Positions 1 to 13,000 of a stretch of DNA of 64,000 bases are shown one piece after another. The notes under the pieces were generated by a model. It saw nothing but the letters and a program-made list of their open reading frames with translations. It had not been told where the DNA came from and made no database searches. The stretch is from assembly GCF_009914755.1 (NCBI RefSeq), contig NC_060932.1; one strand, 5' to 3'. Numbering within the stretch: the stretch's first letter is position 1; each line of letters begins with the position of its first letter. The DNA comes from the human T2T-CHM13v2.0 reference genome, Homo sapiens. The position numbers and the translations under genes were made by a program.

Positions 1-59
1 TCCTAGGGAAGGGCCCTCACAAATGTCAGCACCTCTTCCATAGCTTACAGGCCTCCTAT

Positions 60-500
60 TTCATCACACCCTCTGACCCCAGTCATTCCATGCCTGGGAC
101 TTGATTATGAAGAAGGAAATCCAAAATGCCAACAAAGATGCACATATACGCAGACATTGATTGTCTCCTTCATCACAGGAAAACTATAGATAGTAGAAAC
201 GTCCATCCAATGAGAAGGGATTGGTTACATAAAATAAGACAAAACATCAGACAGTCATTGAAAATTACCTTTATAAAGCATGTTTAATGCCATGGTAGAA
301 TTTATATTATACAATTTTAAAGTAAATTTTTAAAAATTTTAAAGTAAGAAATGCACTAGTATGTATAATGTATCCAACTATGTCAAAAATACAAATACTT
401 AAAAAGATTGCAATGAAATATCAAAATATTTAGCACTTTGATTCTGTGCAATGGTATTATTGTTTTTATTTCTATGTTTTTTCTACTTTCTAAATGAGTT
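60..500 (+). mobile_element. Highly decayed L1M (L1ME-like) 3' fragment
   Basis: AT-rich sequence resembling old L1 3' UTR (aaagatgcacatatac...gaaacgtccatccaatgagaagggattggttacataaa); boundaries approximate. Confidence 0.4.
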
Positions 501-2146
501 TTTGCCACTCTGATAATTAGAAAAGGCAGTCTTGTTTTTTTTTCTTAAAAAAAAAAAAGAATGCAATCAATTGAGAAAAACTGGGGAGACAAATTTTGGT
601 TCTTTATAAAAAAAGCTAATGTCAAAACAAAATTGTTAGTTTTATAAAGCAATGTTACTCTTGATGTCTTACGCAACCCAAGCCATCTCTTCCTAAATTT
701 GTGAATAGATATTTTTGTTCATTTTTGAATATTATCTTTCCTTTTATTTTAAAAGGGGAGAGTTCTCCTTATAAGCCTGCTAACTCTAGAGACGTCAAAG
801 CATTGCCTTAGTGGAGTTTGTGTCAGGGCCATGTCAAATGTGCCAGTCAAAGCAACCACCCTACTACACTGATCAATTTGAAGACCAGAAAACAGTCACA
901 CTATCCTAAGATCATAACACATTTTCTTACCATCCTGTAGGTCTTCTGTTCCTCAAATCCACGAAAAGCTATCAGAGATAAATGCTCTAATAATCCAACT
1001 AGTATAATTAAAATAACACTTTCTAAACGGGCTTTCTAAACGGAAGCACTTTGCAAAACACATTCAGCTTTTTATAAAAACAAAAGAAAAAAGCCTGTCA
1101 CTGTCATTCCATGAGAAGTTAGAATACTAAATTTACAGATAATTTCTTCCTTCCTTCCTTTCCTTTCCTCTTTCTCTCTCTTAGCTTTTTTCTTTCCTCT
1201 TTTCTTCATCCATCTATCCCTCCTTTCCTTCCTTTTGGTTTTTTGTCTTCTGTCTCCAAACTGAGAAAGTCCAGAGATTTTAAAATGTCAACTGATAATA
1301 GATATAATGAAAAATTATCATCTCTAAATCTCTTGGCCAAGTTATCTTCAGCCTCTTTTATCTTTTCTTCTCTGTCTTGGAGAGTTCAAGTGACATTTTT
1401 GATGGAATCTTTGTTTTGGCAAAAGGATTTCAAAAAGAGTCACTGTCACTATTACCAATATGTTTGTTCCACTAGAGTGTCCCCCTAGGTTTAGGGTTAA
1501 ACCAAACTCAAAATCATCATTGTCAATAGCCAAGGCAATGTGAGATCATACTTCTCTTGAACTGTTTGTCTCTGCTTGACTTTGGGTTTCCTTCCCTAAG
1601 AGACAGTGCTGTTTTTTATAGGTCAGGCTTATTTTGTGGAGAAGATTGCTTCTTCACAAAATAGAAATTTCATTTTCATTATCTTCATTATTCCACCACT
1701 GTTGAAGGATATACAAAATGCTGACTTTCCTCAGGGCTAGTGTTAGAAAAGGCACAAAAAGTGTACGTTCATAACAGTTACCATGACCCAAGCAGACGAA
1801 TAATTACACTGACTTGCCTGCCAGGAATGTCTGGATAGATCCTTTGACAGCCTAAGATATTTTGCAAAATGTTTTTTTAAAAGAAAAGAACTGGTTTGTG
1901 AACACAGGTAACTTATAAAGTTTTAAGTAAAAGTGACACGATCAGTGACTAAACATAACTTCCTGTTTTGAGTTCATTTAACCAACACTGACGTTTGTCC
2001 ACTGGACAGGTCACTGCCAGCACCCTCCCCACCCCCCCGCCCCACGCCGGGCACTATTCTACAGAAGGTGAAAAGCTAGCAGGGTGTCCGCTTTGAGGGG
2101 GGTCTATGTTTGCAGGGGAGAGAGATGAAATGATTCAATATAGATA

Positions 2147-2717
2147 CAGTCAGTTTTGCTGTAACGCTTGTTTCGAAAATGCGAGTTTGTTCCAACGTGA
2201 TTGATATACTAGGAGCAATTTGAGCATAAGGAGCATAAGGCAAATTTTGTTTTGCTTATGTGCGATGTCATCTGTGAGAAACACTGGGCGAATACGGAGA
2301 TGTGCACCCGGCTGAGCAGGACCCAGGAAAACGCCAGCGCGCTCCGAGCACACCTTGAATTCCTACGGGCTCTCAGCTCCCGGGAGCTGCAGAGCCTCAG
2401 CCACCCACACCCAACGTGAGTCCCCTTTCCTCCGAGTTCAGACACCTCCTCCCACCCGCCTCCAACTCCCACTTCCACAACAAGCCTCAGGTCTTCCTTC
2501 TCAAGGTAAAGTGCCATATTTATAGGAGCACGTTGCACACGGCTGAGCCATTTACCATGAATAAAAGTGCTAGCGTTTTTACTAGGTTTCCATCTGTGTT
2601 TTAAGGTGCTACGAATAAAGTGTTGAGTATTGGTCCCAGTCTCCCCATCAGCCCCAGGGTGCTTGTTGAGTGATTTCGCACGGCGCACGATGGCGTAACG
2701 GTCAGCAGGAATGAGTG
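2147..2717 (+). mobile_element. Tigger-family (Tigger8-like) non-autonomous DNA transposon
   Basis: Begins TA|CAGTCAGTTTTGCTGTAACGC and ends CAGCAGGAATGAGTG (degenerate TIR); internal tcaaggtaaagtgccatatttat matches the recalled consensus. Confidence 0.7.
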
Positions 2718-2719
2718 TC

Positions 2720-3480
2720 ACAAAGGAGGGATGGAAGGGAATAGCGTAGGAAAGGAGAGAGAAGTCTACTCAGATGGGAGGTCAGGGAGGGCCTTTCTCA
2801 AAAGGTGTCTCTCCACTGAAAACCTGGAGGATAAAGAACAAGCAACACATGGACACAGGAAGGGGAACATCACACTCTGGGGACTGTTGTGGGGTGGGGG
2901 GAGGGGGGAGGGATAGCTTTAGGAGATATACGTAATGCTAAATGATGAGTTAATGGGTGCAGCACACCAGCATGGCACATGTATACATATGTAACTAACC
3001 TGCACATTGTGCACATGTACCCTAAAACTTAAAGTATAATAATAATTTAAAAAAAAAAAAAAAAAGAACAAGCAATACTTGGTGTCGGCGAGAAGGGAGA
3101 GAGAAGGGCAGACCAGGGCCCGAGAAGCGTGCAGCAGGCCGGGCTGCATGAAGCCCCGAGAGCCACACAGCCAAGAGGAGGCGAGGCGAGCCTGGCGCTT
3201 CAGGCGCTGCCCGGGGCTTGGCTGTGGGGCTCCCAGGCCTCAGCACAGAGCGCGAAAGTCGCCTTTGGAGGCGAGCGCGGAGGGCTCCAGCAAGGGAGCA
3301 GCACCATCAGACTCCCAGTTGGCGCCCGGCAGGCGGAAAAGGTGTGGAGAGGAAAAGGGAATCAAGCAGGGAGCCCGGTGAGGAGGCTAGCAGTGGAGGT
3401 TTGCAGGAAAGCTGCTGTTTCCCTGGACAAGGGATGGTGTGCTCCAGAGACTGCCTGGAGGAGCTCTTCTGGATGATGGG
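2720..3480 (-). mobile_element. L2 LINE remnant interrupted by an L1PA insertion; right part CpG-rich
   Basis: ggtcagggagggcctttctc and gcagggagcccggtgaggaggct resemble antisense L2 3' region motifs. Confidence 0.5.
2846..3062 (+). mobile_element. 5'-truncated L1PA (L1PA3-like) 3' end with poly(A)
   Basis: Canonical L1PA 3' UTR (gcacaccagcatggcacatgtatacatatgtaactaacctgcac), A tail, perfect 13-bp TSD AAAGAACAAGCAA at 2833-2845 and 3063-3075. Confidence 0.95.
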
Positions 3481-4004
3481 ATGTGATGATATTAAAAGAG
3501 GAAAACCCAGGGACGCCGGAATGCACGACCCCATCGTCTTTGGTGGGGTCAAGGCACATTCTTCTGAGCACACCAGGGTCCTCCCTAAAGGCTTAAGCAC
3601 TGGTTGTGTGCTCTAGGTACACCGACTCCTTCCACCCTAGGCATGAGGCAGCGGGGAGGAACCTGCCTTGAATCGTCACCTGGGAAGCGCAGAGCAGGGA
3701 TGGAAATCTGCTGGGCCCCAGAGAGCCCGCACCTCTCCCACTCTGCATACACCACCAGTGCACATGCGGAGTAAGGAGACTGCAGAAGAGAGGCCCAACT
3801 GGCCCTGCACGGGCCTTCCTGCGTCGTGCAGGTCCCCTGGGTCACAGGAAGCTGCTCTCTGAAGAGCCAGCCGGAGCCGAGGGGCAGTAGAGAAAGCGAT
3901 GCCAGGAACCAGAGACCGGGTAGTGGCGCTCAGATTAACAGGGAATGTTTACAAGGAAAATACAGATACAGCTGGCTATTGTGCATTTTTCCGTATATTT
4001 ACTC

Positions 4005-4030
4005 CAACAACAACAACAACAACAACAACA
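4005..4030 (+). repeat. (CAA)n microsatellite
   Basis: About 8 perfect CAA units. Confidence 0.95.
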
Positions 4031-5533
4031 AAAAGTTTAATTAAACATTTAAATATCTGGAGAGACATGCTTTACCACTTTCCTCTCTTGTCCAAATAGA
4101 ATGCTGTCTTCTGGTTGGCTAGAGATGGGTACCGGGTGGCCAGTATGTGATTCTAGAAAGAGGAAACCAATGGCTCTAAGACAGGGCCGTTTCCCATGCG
4201 AGCATGCTGCTTTGCAGAGAAGCAGGGAAAGTGGGGAGCAGATTGTTTGAACTCTGATGTGGAGTCAATGTCTTCGGGCTGACACAGCTTCAGAGTGGCA
4301 CACCTCCCTTCCTCCCTTCCCGTTATCTCCCTGTCTGCTAGGCAAACATTGACTTTGTGCTGATCTAAAGTCTGACTTGGCAATCTGTTAGGATGAAAAG
4401 CAATGAAGCCAGCAGGTAAATCTCTGTAAAAAAGTCCAAAGTGCACTATTTACACGCACATCACTCTGTCTCTCAAGACAAAAAAGCAAGGCTTCCCTCT
4501 CATATTAGTGGACAAGATGCATTTAAACTTTCTTTACAAGAAGGACCACAACAGAATCAGGAAATATTTTCTTAAAATAATAGTTATAAAAAAAGAGACT
4601 GAAAAGTTGTAGAAATATGTCCGATTCCGACATTTGAGGTGAATGTCCCCATCCCCTTGATTTGCTTGCATTGAGCACTGTATTTTGAGGGACGGTGACC
4701 TGGCAAGAAAGAGAAATGATGGGCAATAAGTGGACCCAACTGCACAGGGCTAGACTCCGAGGACAGCAGCTGAACAATGGCTGCAGACGTGGGCTTCTCC
4801 CCACACACATGCCCACTGGGCCCGTGCCACAGCGACGGTGGCATGGAGCACTACAGAAGGAAAGTACCCACTAAATGGTGCAAACACGGCCTGGCCCATC
4901 TGTCATAAACATTAGGTCCAAAGGCCACAGGTGCAGACGGCACTAAAAAGTAAAAATTACACTCGGGCAGAGGCCACTTGGTAAAACAGGAAGAAGAGAA
5001 ATCTAGGATTGGTTTCCAATCAATAAATGGATAACAACAGTCTATTCATCTTTGGCACCTGTTGTTTCTTCCTCTCTCTGGTTTGCCATGAATAAAGCTG
5101 TTTTATTTGTAAAAGATGCTGTGTGTACCCAGGACCAGCCTCTGTCTATTGTGCACTCGGCAAAGTTTGTCTTTGGTGCTCTCCATGGCCAGCTGGCCCA
5201 CGCTGCTTCCTCCCTGTCCTACCAGGTGTCAGCGCCTCTGCTCTTTCACCCCCTTTCCCTGGTGCGAACCCACCCCCAGAGCCTTCTCTCATTCTCCTGG
5301 GTAAATACTGTTTGATTTCACAAATGTATCTTTGCTTGCTACCTAGTAGCAAGCAAAGCACTGTGCCAGACCAGAAAGAAGGTGTTGAAGGGCTGTGAAC
5401 CCAGCCACCACCCAGGTAGCTGACAGGCCAGCGAGGGTGCAGACATTCACACAGGTCAGCAGAGAGCAGACACTACAAGTGGGCTGATGGAGTGCAAACA
5501 AATTGCCATGGAAGCATGGAGGAAGGAGAATTT

Positions 5534-5871
5534 CAGTCGCGTGTCTCACAAAGACATTGCCATCAATCATGGGCCACATAACAGTGGTCTCATGAGATTA
5601 TAATACCACATTTTTACTGTATTTTTTCTATATTTGGATACATTTAGATACAAAACTACTTGCCATTGTGTTACAACTGCCTACAGTACTCAGGACAGTC
5701 ACATACTGTACAGGTGTGTAGCCTAGGAGCAATAGACTGTCCCCTATAGCCTAGATGTGTAGTGGGCACTACCATCCATGTTTGTGTCCACTTTGATGTT
5801 TGCAGGACAATGAAATCACCTAAGGATGCATCTCTCAGAATACATCCCTGTCATTGGGCAACACATGACTG
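5534..5871 (+). mobile_element. Tigger3a/MER7A-type MITE
   Basis: CAGTC...GACTG termini; internal ccattgtgttacaactgcctacagt and gtagcctaggagcaatag match the Tigger3 family. Confidence 0.85.
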
Positions 5872-6084
5872 TAATTCCAAATGGAGAAATTTGACCCAAG
5901 GAACCCTGGGGAAGAGGTGGGATTTGAACTATGACTTGAATAATGGAAAGGACAGGGAAGAATTCTGAATGGCAGGAAAAGGGAAGAAGGGCACTCCAAG
6001 TAGATGGAAGAGTAGAAACAAAGGTCTGGAGTTTGGAGGGCTGAGGCAGTATTCAAGGGGCAATAGTCCACATGTCTTTTTGAA

Positions 6085-6320
6085 TTTTAGATCCATCAAT
6101 GACTAGCTGTTTAACCTCGGAAAGCTACTTAGCCTCTCTGAGCCTTGATTTCCTCATCCGAAAAATGAGAATGCATTCAATCAACACATTTATGTGCCAG
6201 GATCTGTGTATGGAGTTGAGGGTAAACCGAATTAAGAGTATCTACATGAGAGGATTTATGTTGGAATTGAAGGAGAACATCTACATGAACTTAGCACAGT
6301 TTCCTAGCAAGGAGTAGTTT
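6085..6320 (+). mobile_element. MIR remnant
   Basis: ctagctgt...tacttagcctctctgagccttgatttcctcatc MIR core. Confidence 0.6.
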
Positions 6321-6350
6321 TGACAAATAGTTGTTGATGCTGGCGATAAG

Positions 6351-6478
6351 CATGGTGATGGTGACGGTGGTGGTAAGTGGGGAGTGGTGGTGGTGGTGTT
6401 GGTGGTAGTAGTGGTGGTGAGGATGGTGATAAAGCAGGTGGTGATGGTGCAGGTGGAGAGGCTGGTGGAGATGAGTGG
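6351..6478 (+). repeat. Degenerate (TGG)n repeat
   Basis: ggtgatggtgacggtggtgg...ggtggtggtggtgttggtggtag. Confidence 0.85.
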
Positions 6479-6632
6479 TTCACTATACTGGGAAAGTAAA
6501 ACATGAGGCATGAGGTTAGCAAGAGAGATGCCTACCAAGAGCTTAAGAATAGGGAAGACATTGCCTTAATAGGGCAGAAATTATACCCATGTGGAATTAA
6601 TGGCCTTAATATAACAGATAAAATTCCAATAT

Positions 6633-7163
6633 TGTTACTGATGCAGGGTCTTGACCACAAGTCCAGAAACAAACAAAGCCATGAAAGAATAAAGCAATGA
6701 AAGCACAGATTTATTGAAACAGTTTTACGGAAAGTACACTCCACAGAGTGGTGGCAGCCTAGAGCAGACAGCTGAAGAGCACTGGTTACAGAGTTTTCTG
6801 GAGTTAAAACACCCTCTAGAGGTTTCTCATTGGTTACTTGGTTACACACTATGTAAATGAAGGAGTAGCTCATGACCAATCTGACTGGTTGCAGAAGGCG
6901 ACCAATCAAAGGCTGAAGGGAAATTACAAAGTTACACATGAAGACTTGGCCCATGACCAGTCTGACTGGTCTGATTGGTTGTGGGAGGGGACCAATCAGA
7001 GGTACTTTCTATTTTCCATCTGTGATGCTGTGTAAAGGGAGTAGCCTCTGATCCTTTGTTACTTGGATGTGGAGAGGTGGGGTTTTCCTTTTGATTCAGT
7101 TCTGGGAAGTCAGCACAAATTGGCCTTAGGTTCCCTGCCTCCAGACCCTATTCGCCTGCTTCA
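6633..7163 (-). mobile_element. MER51-family ERV1 solo LTR
   Basis: TG...CA termini, 4-bp TSD ATAT on both sides; minus strand begins TGAAGCAGGCGAATAGGGTCTGGAGGCAGGGAACCTAAGG; multiple CCAAT boxes. Confidence 0.85.
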
Positions 7164-7677
7164 ATATGGAATTCACTTTGGGTGGACAAAGTTCTGAGCA
7201 GGCATTAGGCCCTCCTGAGAACCCTGAAACCCCACTTTCTGCTTACTCCAAGGCTGGCTCTGTGGTACAATCCACACATCTATTAAAATTAATTTAATCA
7301 ACTCAAAATAGGAAAGTGTTATGAATGATGTTTCCTTCTCTGTCATTTTTGGAAGACATAGTCAGTGATGCCCAGACCTGCGGCACAGACCCTTTAGAGT
7401 TCACAACAGGCGAGAGAAATGTAGAGCAGAGAATAACGCATGTGCAGCCAGCATCACCATATAGACTCAGTCCTGAACTAGTGTCCTCAAAATGCATTGC
7501 AACACATCCTCAAACTCCATTGACCAGTTTCACGTGGTCAATCATTTTCTTTTCACTGACCATATAAAACTGCAGATACACTCCTCTCTAAAAAACTGTT
7601 ACTACAAGACAAAATAAAGTCACACTCAAGAGGCAGTAATTTTGCATATTTACGGGAAATGAAAAAAAAACGCAGGA

Positions 7678-8089
<412 letters not shown>

Positions 8090-9254
8090 CTACTGCCAAG
8101 ATCATCTAAGTGTAATTCTCATCATATCTTCATACTCACAGATCTACAGCAACGCCCATTAATGTGTGGTGTGTTCTCTACCAGAATGTCACACAGGCAC
8201 CATTCCCATCCCCCTGTCTTAATGAAGGGCATCCCAGTCTCTCCAGATGCAGAGGAGCCATCCCAAGTTGTCACACGTGAACCCTATAGCCATTCCCTCA
8301 GTAATTTCTGCCAATTCCACCTGTCATGTTTTTCCTTTGTGGGTGTTTGAGTTTTTGGTCTTGCTATAAATTGCCCTTCCCTACTCCAATCTTTCTTAAA
8401 ATTAAAAATATATATATCTTTAGAAAAATTTCACAATTTCCCTAATATACTCTTGAGGGAAGTGGAACTGGGGTAGACTGTAAGCCTCAAAACATACAAA
8501 AAAAAGTCTTCAAAATCTTCCTTAGTCCTCCTTGTCCCCAAAAGTGCATCCCATGAGAGCTGCTCAGACTTCCCATCCTCTGTTTTCCAATCCCTGCCTG
8601 AGCAGGCTCTTTCCTGAATACCAGCTCAAGAAAGATTTTTTTTTATCCTAGTAATTCCTATGCTCTCTGTAAGACAAGAAGATATTCCTCAAAGCTCTCT
8701 CTCTTTAAATGGTGTGGGAAGGGAAGTTATAAAACAGCATTTGTATTTCATATTTTAATTCTTGCCACAAAATGAACACTGAGGGCAACCTAGCACCTGA
8801 TATTGTGCCTGGGTCCTTTACTATATCATCACCCACACAGTTTTGTTTGTTTCTTCAACTGGAGTACAAATTCCTTAAGCAAAGAACCTTAGAACACTTG
8901 CTAAATGAATGAAAATTTTACCTTTTTCAAAACCAGTCTTCTGTGCTTGGTATTAACTGTTGGCTTTTGAAAATGAACATACTGATCAAGTGAAGGGGAA
9001 AGAAACTACAGAAACACAGCAGACGCAATGATTCAAGACACGAAAGTGGATACGCACCAAGAAGGGAACATTTCCAGAACCATATGGCAAGGAGGCCGGA
9101 AAGTCTATTAACGTCAGTCATGGGGGAGGTCTCTCATTGGAAAAATTCTATCAGAGAAAGTTTATAATTATGGATGTCACAGAGTGTCCTGGCTGGACTG
9201 GAGTATGACTTTGACTTCTTTCAACATAGAGACCACCACCATCTCTCCTGTACA

Positions 9255-9600
9255 ATGGCACTTCACTGAGCATCTACTGTGGGCCAAGTACTATTCTAAG
9301 GGCAGAGACAGATGTGTGAGCAAAAGACACACAATCCTCTGCTTTGTTCATTGAGCATATAAACAAAGAAGAGAAATCAAACATATTACACTGGAGATTG
9401 ATAAGTGCTTCAGAAAGCAAAGAAACAAAACTGCAAGTAGGGAGACCCGTTAGGAGTGGAGTGGGACTTGCCAGCTGAACAGGGTAATCCAGAAAGACAT
9501 TATTGAGAAGTTAGCATTTCCGTCAGGAAGTGAGGGCCTAAGGGAACCACGAAGATATCTAGGTAAGAGCCCAGGAATCTCATGGGGAGAGCTGGATTGT
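9255..9600 (-). mobile_element. L2 remnant
   Basis: cactgagcatctactgtgggccaagtactattctaag resembles the antisense L2 3' end. Confidence 0.5.
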
Positions 9601-10092
9601 GGCTTAGGTGCTAGAACCATGTCTGGTGAATATAAAGCTTCCACGGTTAGAGAGAGGCCAAATTACAGACACTGACTTTCTCGTGGTCCATGAGAAAGAA
9701 CTTAACATGAGGAAGGCAGAAAACTGATGTGCTTACTGGGATCCAAATTCAGAAAACGTTGAGGGTACTGGTGACTTCATATCCTGCCTGGCCACTGGCC
9801 AAACCTGTTCTTGGGGATGAGCATGCCTGGAAAAGCAGTATCCTCTACAAAACTGAAAGTACTCTCCAACCTAAATATCTAATTTTAGGATTCAAGCAAA
9901 CTTGGTGGGATAGGCCAAAACATAATTTATCTAAACCTAGAAACTGAACTTATGAAAACTTTTACAGAATTACTAAAAATGATATGTTTATGGAAATTGA
10001 AAAGCATGCAAACACACAGAATCTGTATGCCCATATATTTAAACATAGAAAAAATAGGCACAAAAATAAATGGTAGACAAAATTTCTAGCTC

Positions 10093-13000
10093 TTTTTTTA
10101 AATGAATTTTATTGTATATATTTCAGGTTTACAACGTGATATTATAGGAAACATATAGGTAGTAAAATAGTCACCATAGTGAAGCAGATTAATGTACCTT
10201 CATCTCATGTAGTTACTTTTTGTGACAGGAGCAGTTAGAAACTACTTATTTACAAAAATCCCTATTACAATTTTATTTACTATAGTCTTCATGTTATATT
10301 AAATCTCTAGACTTTTTCATTCTACATATGACTACTTTATTTTTTTGACCTACATCTCCCCATTTCCTCCCCCACCCTCACCCCTAGTAACCACTAGTTT
10401 ATTCTTTCTGTATGTATCTTATGTATAAGTGAGATTACATAAATATTTTTCTTTCTGTGTCTGGCTTACTTCACTTAGCATAATGTCCTCCAGCTTTATC
10501 CATGTGGTGGCAAATGGCAGGATCCTTTGTAAGAGTGAATAATATTCCATTGGTGTATTAGTCCGTTCTCACACTGCTATGAAGAAATACCCAAGACTGG
10601 ATAATTTATAAAGAAAAGAAGTTTAATTGACTCACAGTTCCACATGGCTGGGGGAGGCCTCAGGAAATTTGCAATCATGGCAGAAGGGGAAGCAAACACA
10701 TCCTTTTTCACAAGGTGGCAGGAGAGAGAAGTGCCAAGCAAAGGGGGAAAAGCCCCATAAAAAACCATCAGATCTCATGAGAATTCACTCACTCATGAGA
10801 ACAGCATGGGGGAACCACCCCCATGATCTAATTACTTCCAACAAGGTCCCTCCCCCATCACGTGGAGATTACAATTCAAGATGAGATTTGGGTGGGGACA
10901 CAGAGCCAGAACATATCAACTGGTAAATACATAACACATTTTCTTTATCTATTTGTCCATCAATGAACACTTACGTTGTTTCCATATCTTGGCTATTGTG
11001 AATAATGCTGCAATGAATATTTGCATCATTCAAATATTTACAAGATTTTAAGTTCATCTCCTTTGGGTATATACCCAGAAAGAGGATTTCTGGATCATAA
11101 AGTAGTTCTATTTTGAATTTCTTGGGAAACCTCCATACTGTTTTTCATAATGGCTGTATCAATCTACATTTTCACCAACAGTGTACTGTGGTTCCCTTTT
11201 CTCCACACCCTTACCAACATTTATCTCTGTCTTTTTGATAATAATCATCCTAACAGGTATGAAGTGATAACAGAATTGTGATTTTAGTTTGCATTTCCTT
11301 GACGACTAGTAATGTTGCACACCTCTTCATATATATGTTGGCCATTTTTATGTCTTTGGAGAAATGTCTGTTCAGGTCCTTCACTCATTTATTTTTACAT
11401 TGGGTTATGTTTTTCTGCTATTGAACTATAAGAGTTCTTCATAAATTTTGGAAATTAACTCCTTATCAGATATGTGGTTTGCAAATATTTTTCCTATTGA
11501 TTGCTTTCTTTGCTGTGCAGCAACTTTCAGTTTGATCTAGTCCTATTTATTTATTTTTGCTTTTGTGGCCTGAGGCTTTTGGAGTGATATCCAAAAAAAT
11601 TGCAGCCAAGACCAATGTCAAGCAGCTTTTCCCCTATCTTCTCACCTAGGAGTTTTATGGTTTCAGGTCTTACATTTAGGCCTTTTATCCATTTTGAGAT
11701 TTTTGTATATGGTATAAAAGTCCAGTTTTATTCATTTGCATGTGGAAATACAATTTTTCCAGCACTATTTACTGAAGAGACTATCCTTTAACCATTATGT
11801 CCTCTTTATACCCTTGTCAAAAATTAGTTAAGTGCATATGCTTGACTCTATTTCTGGGTACTCTATTCTGTTCCACTGGTCTATAGTTCTGTTTTAGCAC
11901 CAGTACCATACTGTTTTGATTACTATAGCTGTGTAATATAATTTTAAATCAGGAAGTGTGATGTCTCTAATTTTGTTTTTCTTAGTATTGCTGTGGCTAG
12001 TCAGGCATTTCTGTGGTTTCACACAAATTTTAGAGTTTTTTTTTCAATTTCTGTGAAAAATAATATTGGAATTTTGACAAGGATTGCATTAAATCTGTAA
12101 ACTGCTTTAAGTAGCATGGTCATCTTAACAATATTAGTTCTTCCTATACATGGACACATTTATTTATACCTTCTTCAATTTCTGTTTTTGATGTTTTACA
12201 GTTTTCAGCATACAAATCTTTCACTGTATTGGATAAATTTATTCCTAAGCATCTCTAAACAATTGAAATGGGATCATTTTCTTGATTTTCTTCCAGCTTG
12301 GATGTTATTTATGTATTGAAATGTAACTGATTTTCTATGTTGATTTTATATCCTACAAATTTACTGAATTCATTTATTAGTTTTAAGAGTTTCTGTGGAA
12401 TCTACGGGGCTTTCTGTATATAAAATCATGTCATCTGCAAATAGAGATAATTTTCCTTCTCTTTTGTCATTGGATACTTTCTATTTCTTTTCTTATCTGA
12501 CTGCTTTTGCTAGTAGTCAGTACTAGGCTGAATGAAGTGGTGAGAACAGGCATTCCTGCCTTGTATCAGATCATAGTGGAAGAGCTTTCAGTTGCTCACC
12601 ATTGATCATGACGTTAGCTGTGGGTTTTTCATAAATGGCTTTTATTATGTTGAGGAACTTTTCTTCTGTGCTTAAACTGTTAAGAGTTTTGATCCTGAAA
12701 GATCTGAAAAAATCCTGAACTTTGTCAAATGTTTTGTCTACATCAATTGAGACACAGAATTGAGATGTTAATTGAGAATAATCATGGAGTTATTTTCCTT
12801 CATTCTGCCAATGTGATGTATCACATTGATTTGTGTATGTTAAACCAAACATGCACGCCAGCAATAAACTTGGTCATGATGTATAATCTTTTTGATGCAT
12901 TGCTGAATTGAGTTTGCTAATATTTTGTTGAGGATTTTTGTATTAACATTCATCAGAGAGACTGGCCTGTAGTTTTCTTTTTCTGTGGTGTCTTTGTCTG

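Noticed and set aside
2209-3845. Overlapping GC-rich ORFs (100-170 aa)
   Set aside because: They overlap Tigger, L2 and L1 remnants, occur in many frames on both strands, and show no recognisable protein family
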